From: Alphaproteobacteria bacterium | GTDB taxonomy: Bacteria; Pseudomonadota; Alphaproteobacteria; CALMVH01 | NCBI GenBank assembly: GCA_965199265.1 | Contig: CBDAQV010000004.1 | Location: 128,884-192,883 of the forward strand | Direction: 5' to 3' | Length of the DNA stretch: 64,000 nt | Shown: piece by piece, positions 9,390 through 18,680 of the stretch | Position numbering within the stretch: the stretch's first letter is position 1 | Layout: the number at the start of each line of letters is the position of its first letter | Position numbers and translations under genes: made by a program | Notes under the pieces: generated by a model | Database searches by the model: none | What the model saw: the letters and a program-made list of their open reading frames with translations, nothing else | What the model was told of the DNA's origin: nothing

Positions 9390-10106
9390 TCAGCCGTTGC
9401 GCAGGTCCGGCGCTGTGTTTGGGCGGGGAAGGGTGCGCAAGCTTGAGTTTCCAACCTCTGCTAGGCTGGCCGCAATGGGCTGGCTCGACTGAAGGACGGG
9501 AGCCAAGGCGGCTGTCGTGTCCTTGGGCAGCATGCCGGCATACTCCATCAGCACGCCCAAGCCCTCGACCGTCTTGTGCGCAATCCGGATCTGGTCGGCT
9601 GCGCCGAGCGCCTTGCGGTTACCGAATTGCGCATAATCTTCGCCGCCCAGCGTCTTCATCAAGCGCGCCGCCACGTTCGAGAGTACGCCCTCGTCGCGCA
9701 AGGAGAAATTCTTTTCAAAGGGATCGAAACCGCCTCCGACAAGTTCTTCCAGTTCGGGCTGCGAGCGAAACAAATTAACGTGGCCGTTCCTGTAAACCGA
9801 TATGTGAGCCGATGCGGCGGCCTTCTTCTCCGGGTTGATGAAAGCCAGGTCGACCGTTCCGCCGCTCGGGGTATCCATGTAGTACTCCAGCCTCGAAACC
9901 TTGGCGGCCGGAGTCCTCGTGAGCAGATCGATACCGTCCCGCAGCTCGCGGAAGAACGGAGTGGACCGTATTCCAGCCTCGTGAGCCGCTTTGCGAGCGG
10001 CTGCCGCCGCTGCGTCCTCCGCGGAGGTGATCCCTTTGCGTTCGGTCGCGATCCCGTAATGAATTTCGTCCATGAGGCGCCCCTTTGTTTCGGCAGGAAT
10101 AACCAA
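9390..10106 (-). CDS. hypothetical protein (first gene of 3-gene lower-GC cassette; two H-x-[ST]-x motifs AHISV and AHKTV spaced ~78 aa, weakly reminiscent of 2H phosphoesterases)
   Basis: The 238-aa ORF shows good coding-frame persistence and is co-directional with the two kinase genes. I recognise no confident family. Confidence 0.45.
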   Translation of the reverse strand: MVIPAETKGRLMDEIHYGIATERKGITSAEDAAAAAARKAAHEAGIRSTPFFRELRDGIDLLTRTPAAKVSRLEYYMDTPSGGTVDLAFINPEKKAAASAHISVYRNGHVNLFRSQPELEELVGGGFDPFEKNFSLRDEGVLSNVAARLMKTLGGEDYAQFGNRKALGAADQIRIAHKTVEGLGVLMEYAGMLPKDTTAALAPVLQSSQPIAASLAEVGNSSLRTLPRPNTAPDLRNG

Positions 10107-10154
10107 AATGATTTATTAAATCAAGGTTAAACGCAGCGAAACCCCAAGCCCTCT

Positions 10155-12006
10155 TCACACCGCCAGCCCCTTCACGGCAAGGTCGCTCAACCGCCGGGCA
10201 AAGGCAGGGGCGTCCAGGACGGCTTCGCCTTCAGCGATGCGCGCTTGGTCCAGCAGCAGCCACGCCATCTCCTTGACCTCCTCGGGCGCGGCGGTCGCTT
10301 TCTCCGCCAGCCGCGCGATCAGGCGGTGTTTCGGGTTCACCTCCAGCACGCGCTTGACCAACGCGTCGAACTGCTTGTGCGCCTTCAGCAGGCGTTCGAG
10401 GTGCAGGTCGACGTCGCCCTCCCCCGAGACCAGGCAGACCGCGCTGTCCGTCAGGCGATGCGAGGCCTTCACGTCCTTGACATGCGCCGCCAGCGTTTCC
10501 TTCAGCAGGGCGAGCAGCGCTTCCATGCCCTCGGATGGTTTTGCCTCGGGCTCGGCCACGTCGTCGGCGGCCTTGATCTTGTCCAGGTCGTCGCCGCCGC
10601 GCGTCACCGAACGGAACTCCTTCTCCTTGTACGTGCCGACGGTCGAGGGCCAGAACTCGTCCACCGGGTCGGTCAGCAGCAGCACCTCGACGCCGCGCGC
10701 GCGGAAGCCCTCCAGCTGCGGGCTCTGCAGCAGCTTCTCGGCGTTGTCGCCGGCGATGGTGTAGATGGCGTCCTGGCCGTCCTTCATCCGCGACTCGTAG
10801 GCGGCAAGGCTGGTGTAGCCCTCCACCGCGGTCGAGCGGAAACGCACCAGCTTCAGCAACTCCTCCCGGCTTTCCACGTCCTCGTACAGGCCTTCCTTCA
10901 GCACCGCGCCAAAATTCTCCCAGAACTTGGCGTAGTCCTCCTCGTCGGCGGCGCGCTTGTTCAGTTCGGACAGGATGCGCTTGGTCACGCCTTGGCGGAT
11001 CTTAGTGATGATCGGGCTGGCCTGCAGCATCTCGCGGCTGATGTTCAGCGGCAGGTCCTCGCTGTCGATCACGCCGCGCATGAAGCGCAGCCACGCGGGG
11101 ATCAGCCCTTGCGCCGCCTCGGCGATAAAGACGCGGCGCACGTACAGCTTCACCTCGTGGTTGCGCTGCGGGTCGAACAGGTTGAATGGCTTGCTGTCGG
11201 GCACGAACAGCAGCGCCGAGTACTCGATCGTGCCCTCGGCGCGCCAGTGCAGCGTCGCCCACGGCGCGTCGTACGCCTTGGAGGTGTGCTGGTAGAATTC
11301 TTTATATTGCGCCTCGTCGATCTCGCTGCGCTGCCGCATCCACAGCGCGGAGGCGGCGTTCAGCTTTTCCTCCTCGCCTTCCAGCTCGATGGGGATGGCG
11401 ATGTGGTCGGAATACTTGCGCACGATCTGCTTCAGCCGCCCGGTCTCGAGGTAGTCGTCCTCCCCCTCGCGCAGGTGCAGGGTCAGCGACACGCCGCGCT
11501 CCGGCTTTTCCGCCGGGGCTACGGTGAACTCGCCACGTCCGTCCGACGACCACAGCCACGCCTCGCCGCTGCCCGCCTTGCGGCTGAGCACGGACACATG
11601 GTCGGCGACCATGTACGCGGGAGTAGAAGCCGACGCCGAACTGCCCGATCAGCGCCGAGTCCTTCTTGTCCTGAAGCGCCTGGGCAAAGGCGGCGGTGCC
11701 CGAGCGGGCGATGGTGCCGAGGTTGTCGATCAGCTCCTGCCGGTCCATGCCGATGCCATTATCGGCGATCGTCAGCGTCCGCGCGGCCTTGTCCACGGTG
11801 ATGCGGATCTTGAAATCGGTCCCGCCTTCGGCCAGCTGCCCTTGCGTCTGCGCCAGGTAGCGCAGCTTGTCGCACGCATCCGACGCGTTCGAGATCAACT
11901 CGCGCAGGAAGATCTCCTTCTCGCTGTACAGCGAGTGCGCGACGATATCGAGCAGGCGGCTGACTTCGGCCTGGAAGGAAAGTTTCTCTTCGGTTTCGAC
12001 GGTCAT
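10155..12006 (-). pseudogene. htpG: molecular chaperone HtpG (Hsp90), interrupted by +1 frameshift in a GGG/CCC run near 11619-11621 (likely sequencing error or pseudogene)
   Basis: The N-terminal ORF (11302..12006) carries the GHKL ATPase motifs ([30 protein letters not shown]). It then changes frame exactly at GVGFYS|AFMVADHV and continues in ORF 10155..11612. Deleting one C restores ...[16 protein letters not shown]. Confidence 0.85.
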
Positions 12007-12149
12007 TTTTGGTTTCCAGTCATGAGAACGTATAGCCGCATAGATGAGAGTACATCCGTCCTAACGCAAGATGGTCTGCGGGATGATTAGGTGTAGACGA
12101 TCGTTTGAGACTGCAAATTGGCTCTGTCATTCCGGCCGAAAGGCCGGAT

Positions 12150-12217
12150 CCATCCTTGGACAGTAGCGGCTGCACGTTCGTTCAGAGAAGGATACCGTGC
12201 CTTCGCACGGTATGACG
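12150..12217 (+). repeat. ~68-bp direct repeat, copy 1 (partner at 13061-13128), flanking a lower-GC two-ORF cassette
   Basis: CCATCCTTGGACAGTAGCGGCTGCACGTTCGTTCAGAGAAGGATACCGTGCCTTCGCACGGTATGACG versus CCATTCCTGGACAGTCGCGGCTACATGTTCTTTCAGAGATTAATACTGTGTCTTCGCACGGTATGACG. Copy 1 contains the hairpin CCGTGC-CTTC-GCACGG. Confidence 0.6.
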
Positions 12218-12286
12218 TCCCTGTATGAGTTCTCAAACGGTCACTAAATGATTGTACGTGAGGCACGAACAATATATTAAAGAAAA

Positions 12287-12493
12287 ATGAATTCCAAACG
12301 TATAGAAACGATCGACCAGTTGCATGCGCATGTCTCGGAACGGCTGAAGCCGTTTTCAGCGCCGGAGAAGACGGTAACCAGGCTTGTGGGACATCTTAGC
12401 TTCCTGCTCGACAAGGATGGACATTTTGATGCGGACTCCTCCTTGTTCGATTTCCGGGCAAGGTACGCGACAGCGCCCGCCGCATCGGCGTGA
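12287..12493 (+). CDS. hypothetical protein (68 aa; may be 5' part of a single gene with 12490..12999)
   Basis: It lies in the lower-GC region between the direct repeats. Its stop overlaps the GTG start of the next ORF (GTGA). Confidence 0.3.
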   Translation: MNSKRIETIDQLHAHVSERLKPFSAPEKTVTRLVGHLSFLLDKDGHFDADSSLFDFRARYATAPAASA

Positions 12494-12999
12494 CGCAGGA
12501 AGCCTTCGCCGCCGCCGCTCTGAAGCAGCCTCCACTGTTCTGTCAATCTCCGGAAACGTTGGAGCGGCATTATGGGCTTGCTGAGTCCTTGCATGAGAAG
12601 GGTCATGTGCCGGTCGGACGCGATCTGGCGAACTGGATATGCCTTGCCAGTCCGGTGACCTTGTGTTTAGCCGATGATAATTTCCTGCTGCGCATGGAAT
12701 GGGTGCGGCTGGGGCGCGAGCCCGGCCGTAAAAACATTCTTACTGTTCCTCGGCACAAAGTGGAGCGCGAGGTCATGGCGTTGCTGGGTCACTCCGACCC
12801 TAAGCAATCCGTCGCGAGTCAACTGCCGGCGAGTGCTTCGCCGCAAGAGCGTGAGCGCCACGAGCGGCTTTGCGAACTGATGAAAACCGGCTTGCTCAAG
12901 GGAGCAAAATTCGATGCGGCAACTCCGGTTCTTTCGTTGAAAAAAGCATTGGGAGCAAGTCCGCCAGCTCATGTAACAGGCCGGCGCGTCTCGATTTAA
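12490..12999 (+). CDS. hypothetical protein (169 aa), lower GC
   Basis: The ORF shows coding-like codon usage. It is followed by a strong inverted repeat TTAACGGCGCGC-N-GCGCGGCGTTAA at 12998-13022. Confidence 0.4.
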   Translation: MTQEAFAAAALKQPPLFCQSPETLERHYGLAESLHEKGHVPVGRDLANWICLASPVTLCLADDNFLLRMEWVRLGREPGRKNILTVPRHKVEREVMALLGHSDPKQSVASQLPASASPQERERHERLCELMKTGLLKGAKFDAATPVLSLKKALGASPPAHVTGRRVSI

Positions 13000-13060
13000 C
13001 GGCGCGCCTAGCGCGGCGTTAATCCATCCCGCTGCCGAACGGCGCCGCAAAGTTCGTGAT

Positions 13061-13128
13061 CCATTCCTGGACAGTCGCGGCTACATGTTCTTTCAGAGAT
13101 TAATACTGTGTCTTCGCACGGTATGACG
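13061..13128 (+). repeat. ~68-bp direct repeat, copy 2
   Basis: See copy 1. It lies ~160 bp upstream of the Suv3-like helicase start. Confidence 0.6.
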
Positions 13129-13287
13129 GCACGATGGATAGGGACGAGTTCCCGAGCCATCGCGCTTCTCGTCCAGGCTACGACGATCAAGGTCACCGTC
13201 AGGCAAGGGTGCCGGACATTGCAATCGCGCCGCCGCCGGTAGATATAAAGGCGGACGCATCTGATCTGTCGCGCGTGGGGAGGGAAG

Positions 13288-15699
13288 ATGGACACGGTAT
13301 CTCGATCCCTGTCGCACCCCCGCGTCCTCGCGATCCTCGGCCCCACCAACACCGGCAAGACCCATTTCGCCATCGAGCGCATGCTGGGGCATCATTCCGG
13401 CATGATAGGCCTGCCGCTCCGCCTGCTGGCGCGCGAGGTGTACGACCGCGTCGTTTCCCTGAAGGGCGAGCGGATCGTGGCGCTGATCACCGGCGAGGAG
13501 AAGATCGTGCCGCGCCAAGCCCGGTATTTCGTCTGCACGGTGGAAGCGATGTCCTCCGACCGTCCGGTCGACTGCCTCGTGGTCGACGAGATCCAGCTCG
13601 CCAGCCATCCGGAGCGCGGTCACGTCTTCACCGACCGGCTGCTGCACGCGCGCGGGATGGAGGAGACGATCTTCTGCGGCGCGGAAACAATGAAGCCGGT
13701 CATCACCGCGTTGGTGCCGGGGGTCGAGATCCTCACCCGCCCGCGCCTGTCGCAGCTGACCTACAGCGGCTACAAGAAGCCGGCGCGTTTGCCGCCCCGC
13801 TCGGCCATCGTCGCGTTCTCCGCCACCGAAGTGTACCGGATCGCCGAGTTCATCCGTCAGCATCGCGGCGGGACGGCGGTAGTGCTGGGCGCGCTGTCCC
13901 CGCGCACGCGCAACGCCCAGGTCGAGCTGTTCGAGAAGGGCGAGGTCGACTACCTCGTCGCCACCGACGCCATCGGCATGGGCCTCAACCTCGACATCGC
14001 GCACGTCGCCTTCGCCCGCGATTCCAAGTTCGACGGACGGAACGGACGCCGCCTGTGGCCGGAGGAAGTGGCGCAGATCGCCGGCCGCGCCGGGCGGCAC
14101 ATGCGCGACGGCACCTTTGGCACCACCTTCGAACTCAAGGGTTTTGCAGGCGAACTGGTCGAGGCGATCGAGGAGCACCGCTTCGATCCGATCGCGAAGC
14201 TGTACTGGCGCAACACCCACCTCGATTTCTCCAGTCCGCGCGCGCTGCTGTCCAGCCTCGACCGCCGCCCCGACCTGCGGCTGTTCGCGCAGAGGCACGA
14301 CGCCGACGACCACCGCGCGCTCAAAGCGCTGACCCAGCGGCTGGAGGGCGAAAAGCGAACGCTCGGCCGCGAACGCACCCGGCTGCTGTGGGAAATCTGC
14401 CAGATCCCCGACTTCCGCAAGATCATGTCGGACGACCACGTGCGGTTGCTGGGCGAAATCTTCGATCATATGAGCGCCAAACCGGGCAGGTTGCCCGCCG
14501 ACTGGGTCCGGCGCGAGATCGAGGGCCTCGACAACCCGGTGGGAACGATCGAGATGCTGACTGCGGGCCTCGCCGCGATCCGCACCTGGACCTATGTCAC
14601 CGCCAAGACAGGCTGGGTGCAAGGCGCGGAGGAACTGCACGCGGCGGCGCGGGTGGCGGAGAACCGGATCTCCGACGCGCTGCACGCCGCGCTCAGCGAA
14701 CGCTTTGTCGACCGGCGCAGCGCCAGCCTGGCGCGCGCGACCGGAACCAAGGAACTGCTGGCCGGCGTGCGCCCCAATGGCGAGGTGGTGGTGGAGGGGC
14801 ATGTGATGGGAGAGTTGAAGGGCTTCTGCTTCGCGATCGACGAGACGGTCGCCAGCGCCGACCGCGAGCTGGTGCTGAAAACGGCAAATCGTGCGCTGCA
14901 AGCCGAGATCAGGGAGCGCGTCGCCGGTTTCGCCGCGCTGCCCGACAGCGTCTTCTCGCTTGAACTGGACGGAGGTGTGGCCTGGCAGGGCGCACGCATC
15001 GCGCGGCTGGGCCCGGGGCCAAGGCTGCTGGAGCCGGAGGTGGTGCTGGAAAAAAGCGAACTGCTCGAGCCGGCGCAGCAGGGGCAGGTGGAGCATCGCC
15101 TGTCCGCGTGGCTGCGCACCGAACTGCGCCGCCGCCTGCAAACGCTGTTCGGGCTGACGAAGGCGCGCGAGGACGCCAGCCTCGATCCCGAACTGCGCGG
15201 CATTGCCTTCGTTTTGCTGGAAGCGACGGGCTCTGTCCCGAATACCTATCCCGACCTGACCGCATCACAGGTCAAATGGCTGCAAAGCCGGGGCGTGACC
15301 ATCGGAACGCGCTATCTGTACATGAAAGGATTGCTGAAAACGGAGGTCACAGGCCTGCTGGCGCTGCTATGGAACGTGCAGCGCGGCACCAAACTGGCGC
15401 CGCCCAAGCCCAACCGCGTGTCCTTGCCCGTGCTGGAGGAAACCGCATCGTTCTACGGCGCCTTGGGATACCCGGTGATGGGTACGCGCGCGGTGCGTAT
15501 CGACCGCCTGGACGAGCTGGCGGCCGCTCTGGCGAGCGGCATGGAGATCAAGCCCAAGCAGCTGACCCGGCGCCTGACCTGCACCCCTCGCGAAGCCCAG
15601 CTGGTCATCGACGCGCTGGTGCGCAGGCCCGCCAAGGCCAGACCCGACCACCGCTTCCGCCAGCTGCCATTCGCCGGGCTGCAAGAGGCGATGGAGTAA
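13288..15699 (+). CDS. Suv3-like ATP-dependent RNA helicase (superfamily 2)
   Basis: It has a Walker A motif ILGPTNTGKTH, DEIQ (motif II), SAT, and LVATDAIGMGLNLDI...QIAGRAGR motifs. The 803-aa size and long C-terminal extension are typical of alphaproteobacterial Suv3 homologs. Confidence 0.8.
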   Translation: MDTVSRSLSHPRVLAILGPTNTGKTHFAIERMLGHHSGMIGLPLRLLAREVYDRVVSLKGERIVALITGEEKIVPRQARYFVCTVEAMSSDRPVDCLVVDEIQLASHPERGHVFTDRLLHARGMEETIFCGAETMKPVITALVPGVEILTRPRLSQLTYSGYKKPARLPPRSAIVAFSATEVYRIAEFIRQHRGGTAVVLGALSPRTRNAQVELFEKGEVDYLVATDAIGMGLNLDIAHVAFARDSKFDGRNGRRLWPEEVAQIAGRAGRHMRDGTFGTTFELKGFAGELVEAIEEHRFDPIAKLYWRNTHLDFSSPRALLSSLDRRPDLRLFAQRHDADDHRALKALTQRLEGEKRTLGRERTRLLWEICQIPDFRKIMSDDHVRLLGEIFDHMSAKPGRLPADWVRREIEGLDNPVGTIEMLTAGLAAIRTWTYVTAKTGWVQGAEELHAAARVAENRISDALHAALSERFVDRRSASLARATGTKELLAGVRPNGEVVVEGHVMGELKGFCFAIDETVASADRELVLKTANRALQAEIRERVAGFAALPDSVFSLELDGGVAWQGARIARLGPGPRLLEPEVVLEKSELLEPAQQGQVEHRLSAWLRTELRRRLQTLFGLTKAREDASLDPELRGIAFVLLEATGSVPNTYPDLTASQVKWLQSRGVTIGTRYLYMKGLLKTEVTGLLALLWNVQRGTKLAPPKPNRVSLPVLEETASFYGALGYPVMGTRAVRIDRLDELAAALASGMEIKPKQLTRRLTCTPREAQLVIDALVRRPAKARPDHRFRQLPFAGLQEAME

Positions 15700-16085
15700 G
15701 CATGCTCGAACCCCGAACGTGTCAATGCGGTTCCGGCGCGTGCGGCTTGGAGTCGCTGCGCCGTTCTGCCTGAGCCAGAAGCGAGACATCCGCGCCGGGC
15801 CCGGCGCGCGGGATGACGCGGTAACCTTCTGCCGCAGGCACGGCATTGCAGGTGGCGGGGGTGTACAGCGTTGCAAAAGTCTGGCCGGGCCGGCGCGCGG
15901 TATGGGTAGGTTCGGACATGGTATTTTCCTCGAAGCGGGAGAGATGATGTAAAATCTTTCATGCCGCCGCTTGTTGCGGTGATCGAGGCCTGGGCGGGTA
16001 AAGAAAAGGCTGAACGACACCTTAACCGAACTTACGGCAAGCTTGCGTGTTCTTATTCTTTGTTCCATTTCAATCGGAGGTTTGC

Positions 16086-16289
16086 ATGGCGTTCGCCGAG
16101 AGACTCGAGTCTTTGGACAGGAAGAAGCACGACCTTGAGCAGGCCCTGCACGAACTGGAAAAGCAGCCTCAGCCCGACGAGATCGCGATCACCCGTTTGA
16201 AACGGGAAAAGCTGGCCCTGAAGGACGAGGTTACCGCGCTGCTTGGCGAGCAACAGGCCGCAGGCGGCGCTCTGCAGGCGGCGGAGTAA
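16086..16289 (+). CDS. DUF465 (YdcH-like) small coiled-coil protein
   Basis: MAFAERLESLDRKKHDLEQALHELEKQP...ITRLKREKLALKDEV matches the DUF465 pattern. The start is at the internal ATG at 16086. Confidence 0.6.
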   Translation: MAFAERLESLDRKKHDLEQALHELEKQPQPDEIAITRLKREKLALKDEVTALLGEQQAAGGALQAAE

Positions 16290-16379
16290 CCCTCTACGGG
16301 CGATGGTTACCCGCTCGAAAGCGGGGGGTTCATCCTTCGCCGTCATGGACCCTTGATCAAGTCCGGAGTTACAGGACAG

Positions 16380-16964
16380 TCACCGCTCGTACTCAGGCTC
16401 CGGCTCGGACGGCTCCAAATACTCGCTGTGCGACAGGCCTTCGGTGGGGATATCGAGCTTCTTCAGCAACGCGTCGAGTTCGCCCTGGGTACAGAAGCCC
16501 AGCGCGACCGGGCTGCGAGGCTTGATGGTCGCCGCGTTCTCGTGCGTGCGGTTCTTGACGGCCGTGATCGTGGGCTTGGTCGTGCCGATCAGCTTGGCAA
16601 TCTGCACGTCGCTGAGGTCAGGCACGTTCTTCAGCAGCCAGGCTATGGCATCGGGCTTGTCGCCGCGCTTGGAAACAGGGGTGTATCGCGGCCCCTTGGT
16701 GCGGCTCGCGGGCGCGGGCAGGGTGCTTTCCAGCGCTATCAGGTTTGCGCCCGGTTCGTTCTCGCAGCGGGCAATCTCCTCGCGGGTCAGCAGGCCCTGC
16801 AGCACGGGGTCGGTGCCGACCATGCCGATCGCAACCTCGCCGTCGGCGATCGCCTGGACTTCCAGCTCGTGCAGGCTGCAGAATCGGGCGATCTGCCCAA
16901 AGGTCAGGGTCGTATTGTCGAGCAGCCAGACGGCCGTCGCCTTGGGCATAAGGGGCTGTGCCAT
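16380..16964 (-). CDS. DUF1013 family protein (alphaproteobacterial conserved, TrcR-like)
   Basis: MAQPLMPKATAVWLLDNTTLTFGQIARFCSLHELEV is the characteristic DUF1013 N-terminus. The start is at the ATG at 16964. Confidence 0.7.
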   Translation of the reverse strand: MAQPLMPKATAVWLLDNTTLTFGQIARFCSLHELEVQAIADGEVAIGMVGTDPVLQGLLTREEIARCENEPGANLIALESTLPAPASRTKGPRYTPVSKRGDKPDAIAWLLKNVPDLSDVQIAKLIGTTKPTITAVKNRTHENAATIKPRSPVALGFCTQGELDALLKKLDIPTEGLSHSEYLEPSEPEPEYER

Positions 16965-17093
16965 GTAAACTCCGGAATCGGGAGCGGCCGCGAGGGCATA
17001 AGCGGCGCTTCCCATGCTGAAATCGAGCCGCAGGCTAAACGGTTTCACCCTCAAATCAAGTCATTACTACGGCCTGATGGGGGAGGATCGCTT

Positions 17094-18680
17094 TCACTCA
17101 TGCCGGTTGCGGCAATCGGGAAGCGGCGCGCCTTGCAGCAAGGCAAAAGAATGATTCGGACCTAGGGCGAGGCCGATCACCGGGCTGCCTGCCTCACAGG
17201 GAAGCGCCAGCAAAACCGCAAAACCCGTCTTTGCCTTGGTCGCGAACCGCTGGTGCAGTTCGCCACTGCCGTAGGAGGTGGACGTGGCGTCGAGGACATG
17301 TCCGTCCTGGAACAGCGCCACGGACATCACGCCCCTGTCCGCCCGGGTGTCGACGGCCCAGCCGGTTACCTTCAGCATGCCGTTGATCTGCCCGGCCGCT
17401 TCCACCGCGCCGGCAAGGCTGGCGGACGAGGTCAGACCCGCCTTCCTTGCCGCGGCTTCGAGTTGCGGCTGCGTCGCGACAGGACCGGCGCTGGCGATCG
17501 CCACGGCGATCTTGCGCGCGTTCTCCTGCCGGACAGCCGCAACGTGAAGTTTCCACCCCGCCGGCGCGGCCACTCCGACGAGGATCAGCAGGTAGGCACA
17601 TACCGCCGCCCGAAGCGGCAAAGCCTTGACCCGCTTCAAGGACGACTTGAGATAGCGGTACAGCCGGACATCCAGCCGCCCGACCGGGAGCGAAAGCAGG
17701 ATAGCCAGGCTTACCCCCAGCACCCACAAGACGGCGAAAACGGGACTGCGGACGTGCTGGTAGAGCGAGCGGATGATCGGCACGTGAAGCAGGTACAAGG
17801 CATAGCTGTAATCACCGAAACGCGCGGCCGACCTGCCAATCCGGTTGTTGCCGAACTCGGGCCTTGCCTGCGCGACGCCGACCGCGCCGGCGACCACCAG
17901 CGTCGCGCCTGCCCCGAACAGCCACCGGCCGCCTTCATTGTCCAGGGGGTAGAGTCCGTACAGCGGCCACGCCGCCGCTCCCGTCACCATCAGCAGCAAC
18001 GGCGGAAGCCGCAGGCGAAGCAGGGCGGGTATGAGCAGCCCGCCGGCCATCCCGACATTCTCGCACACCGTCAGGATGCGCTGGACGGGGTAGACAAGGC
18101 CGCCGGGGTCTGGGCGCAGGAGGCTGGAGCCCGCCAGCATCGCCAGCCATGCGAGTGCGATCCATGACAGGCGGCGCGCAAGGCCGCACAGGGAAATAAC
18201 GAACAGCGAAGTGTAGAAGACCACCTCGAACACGAGGGTCCACTCGACCTTGAGAGGGTAGCGCGCCTCCGCGCCGACGGGGGCCAGGGTCAATGCCGCG
18301 AAGTTGACGTAGATCTGCTGATCGAGGGCCAGGTTCAGCAGCCAGAACAGCGCGACCACGCCGAGGAAGCCCGGATATATGCGGAGCACGCGATGTGCAA
18401 GAAACGTGAACGGCTCCTGCACACTCAGCGCAGTGGCCATCAGGTAGCCGGAGATGGAAAAGAACAGTGAAACTCCGAACATGCCGAAACGGCCGTCGAA
18501 CCACGAAATGAAACTGCCGTTTTCCAGGATCAGCACGCCGTAGATCGATGCGTGGTATAGCACCACCATGATAGCCGCCAGCGCCCGCAGCCACTGGATC
18601 TGCAGGTTTCGCGGTTGGACACCCAGGCGCGAATGTGGAACCGCTGCGGACACATCGACGGTTTCCGGCGTTGCGATCAT
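17094..18680 (-). CDS. acyltransferase 3 (OafA/YrhL/ExoZ-like) family membrane O-acyltransferase with ~150-aa C-terminal extracytoplasmic domain, paralog 1 of 4
   Basis: It has the AT3 N-terminal motif NLQIQWLRA...YHA...FGVSLFFSISGYLMA and multiple TM helices. The C-terminal domain carries GWAVD, ALFQDG and a terminal Cys. The ATGA overlap with paralog 2 indicates coupling. Confidence 0.8.
   Translation of the reverse strand: MIATPETVDVSAAVPHSRLGVQPRNLQIQWLRALAAIMVVLYHASIYGVLILENGSFISWFDGRFGMFGVSLFFSISGYLMATALSVQEPFTFLAHRVLRIYPGFLGVVALFWLLNLALDQQIYVNFAALTLAPVGAEARYPLKVEWTLVFEVVFYTSLFVISLCGLARRLSWIALAWLAMLAGSSLLRPDPGGLVYPVQRILTVCENVGMAGGLLIPALLRLRLPPLLLMVTGAAAWPLYGLYPLDNEGGRWLFGAGATLVVAGAVGVAQARPEFGNNRIGRSAARFGDYSYALYLLHVPIIRSLYQHVRSPVFAVLWVLGVSLAILLSLPVGRLDVRLYRYLKSSLKRVKALPLRAAVCAYLLILVGVAAPAGWKLHVAAVRQENARKIAVAIASAGPVATQPQLEAAARKAGLTSSASLAGAVEAAGQINGMLKVTGWAVDTRADRGVMSVALFQDGHVLDATSTSYGSGELHQRFATKAKTGFAVLLALPCEAGSPVIGLALGPNHSFALLQGAPLPDCRNRHE

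Noticed and set aside
15700-16085. Small ORFs (15719..15952 +, 15722..15919 -) between the helicase and the DUF465 gene
   Set aside because: Neither has recognisable motifs or a convincing RBS. The 65-aa minus-strand ORF could be a real small protein, but the evidence is insufficient.
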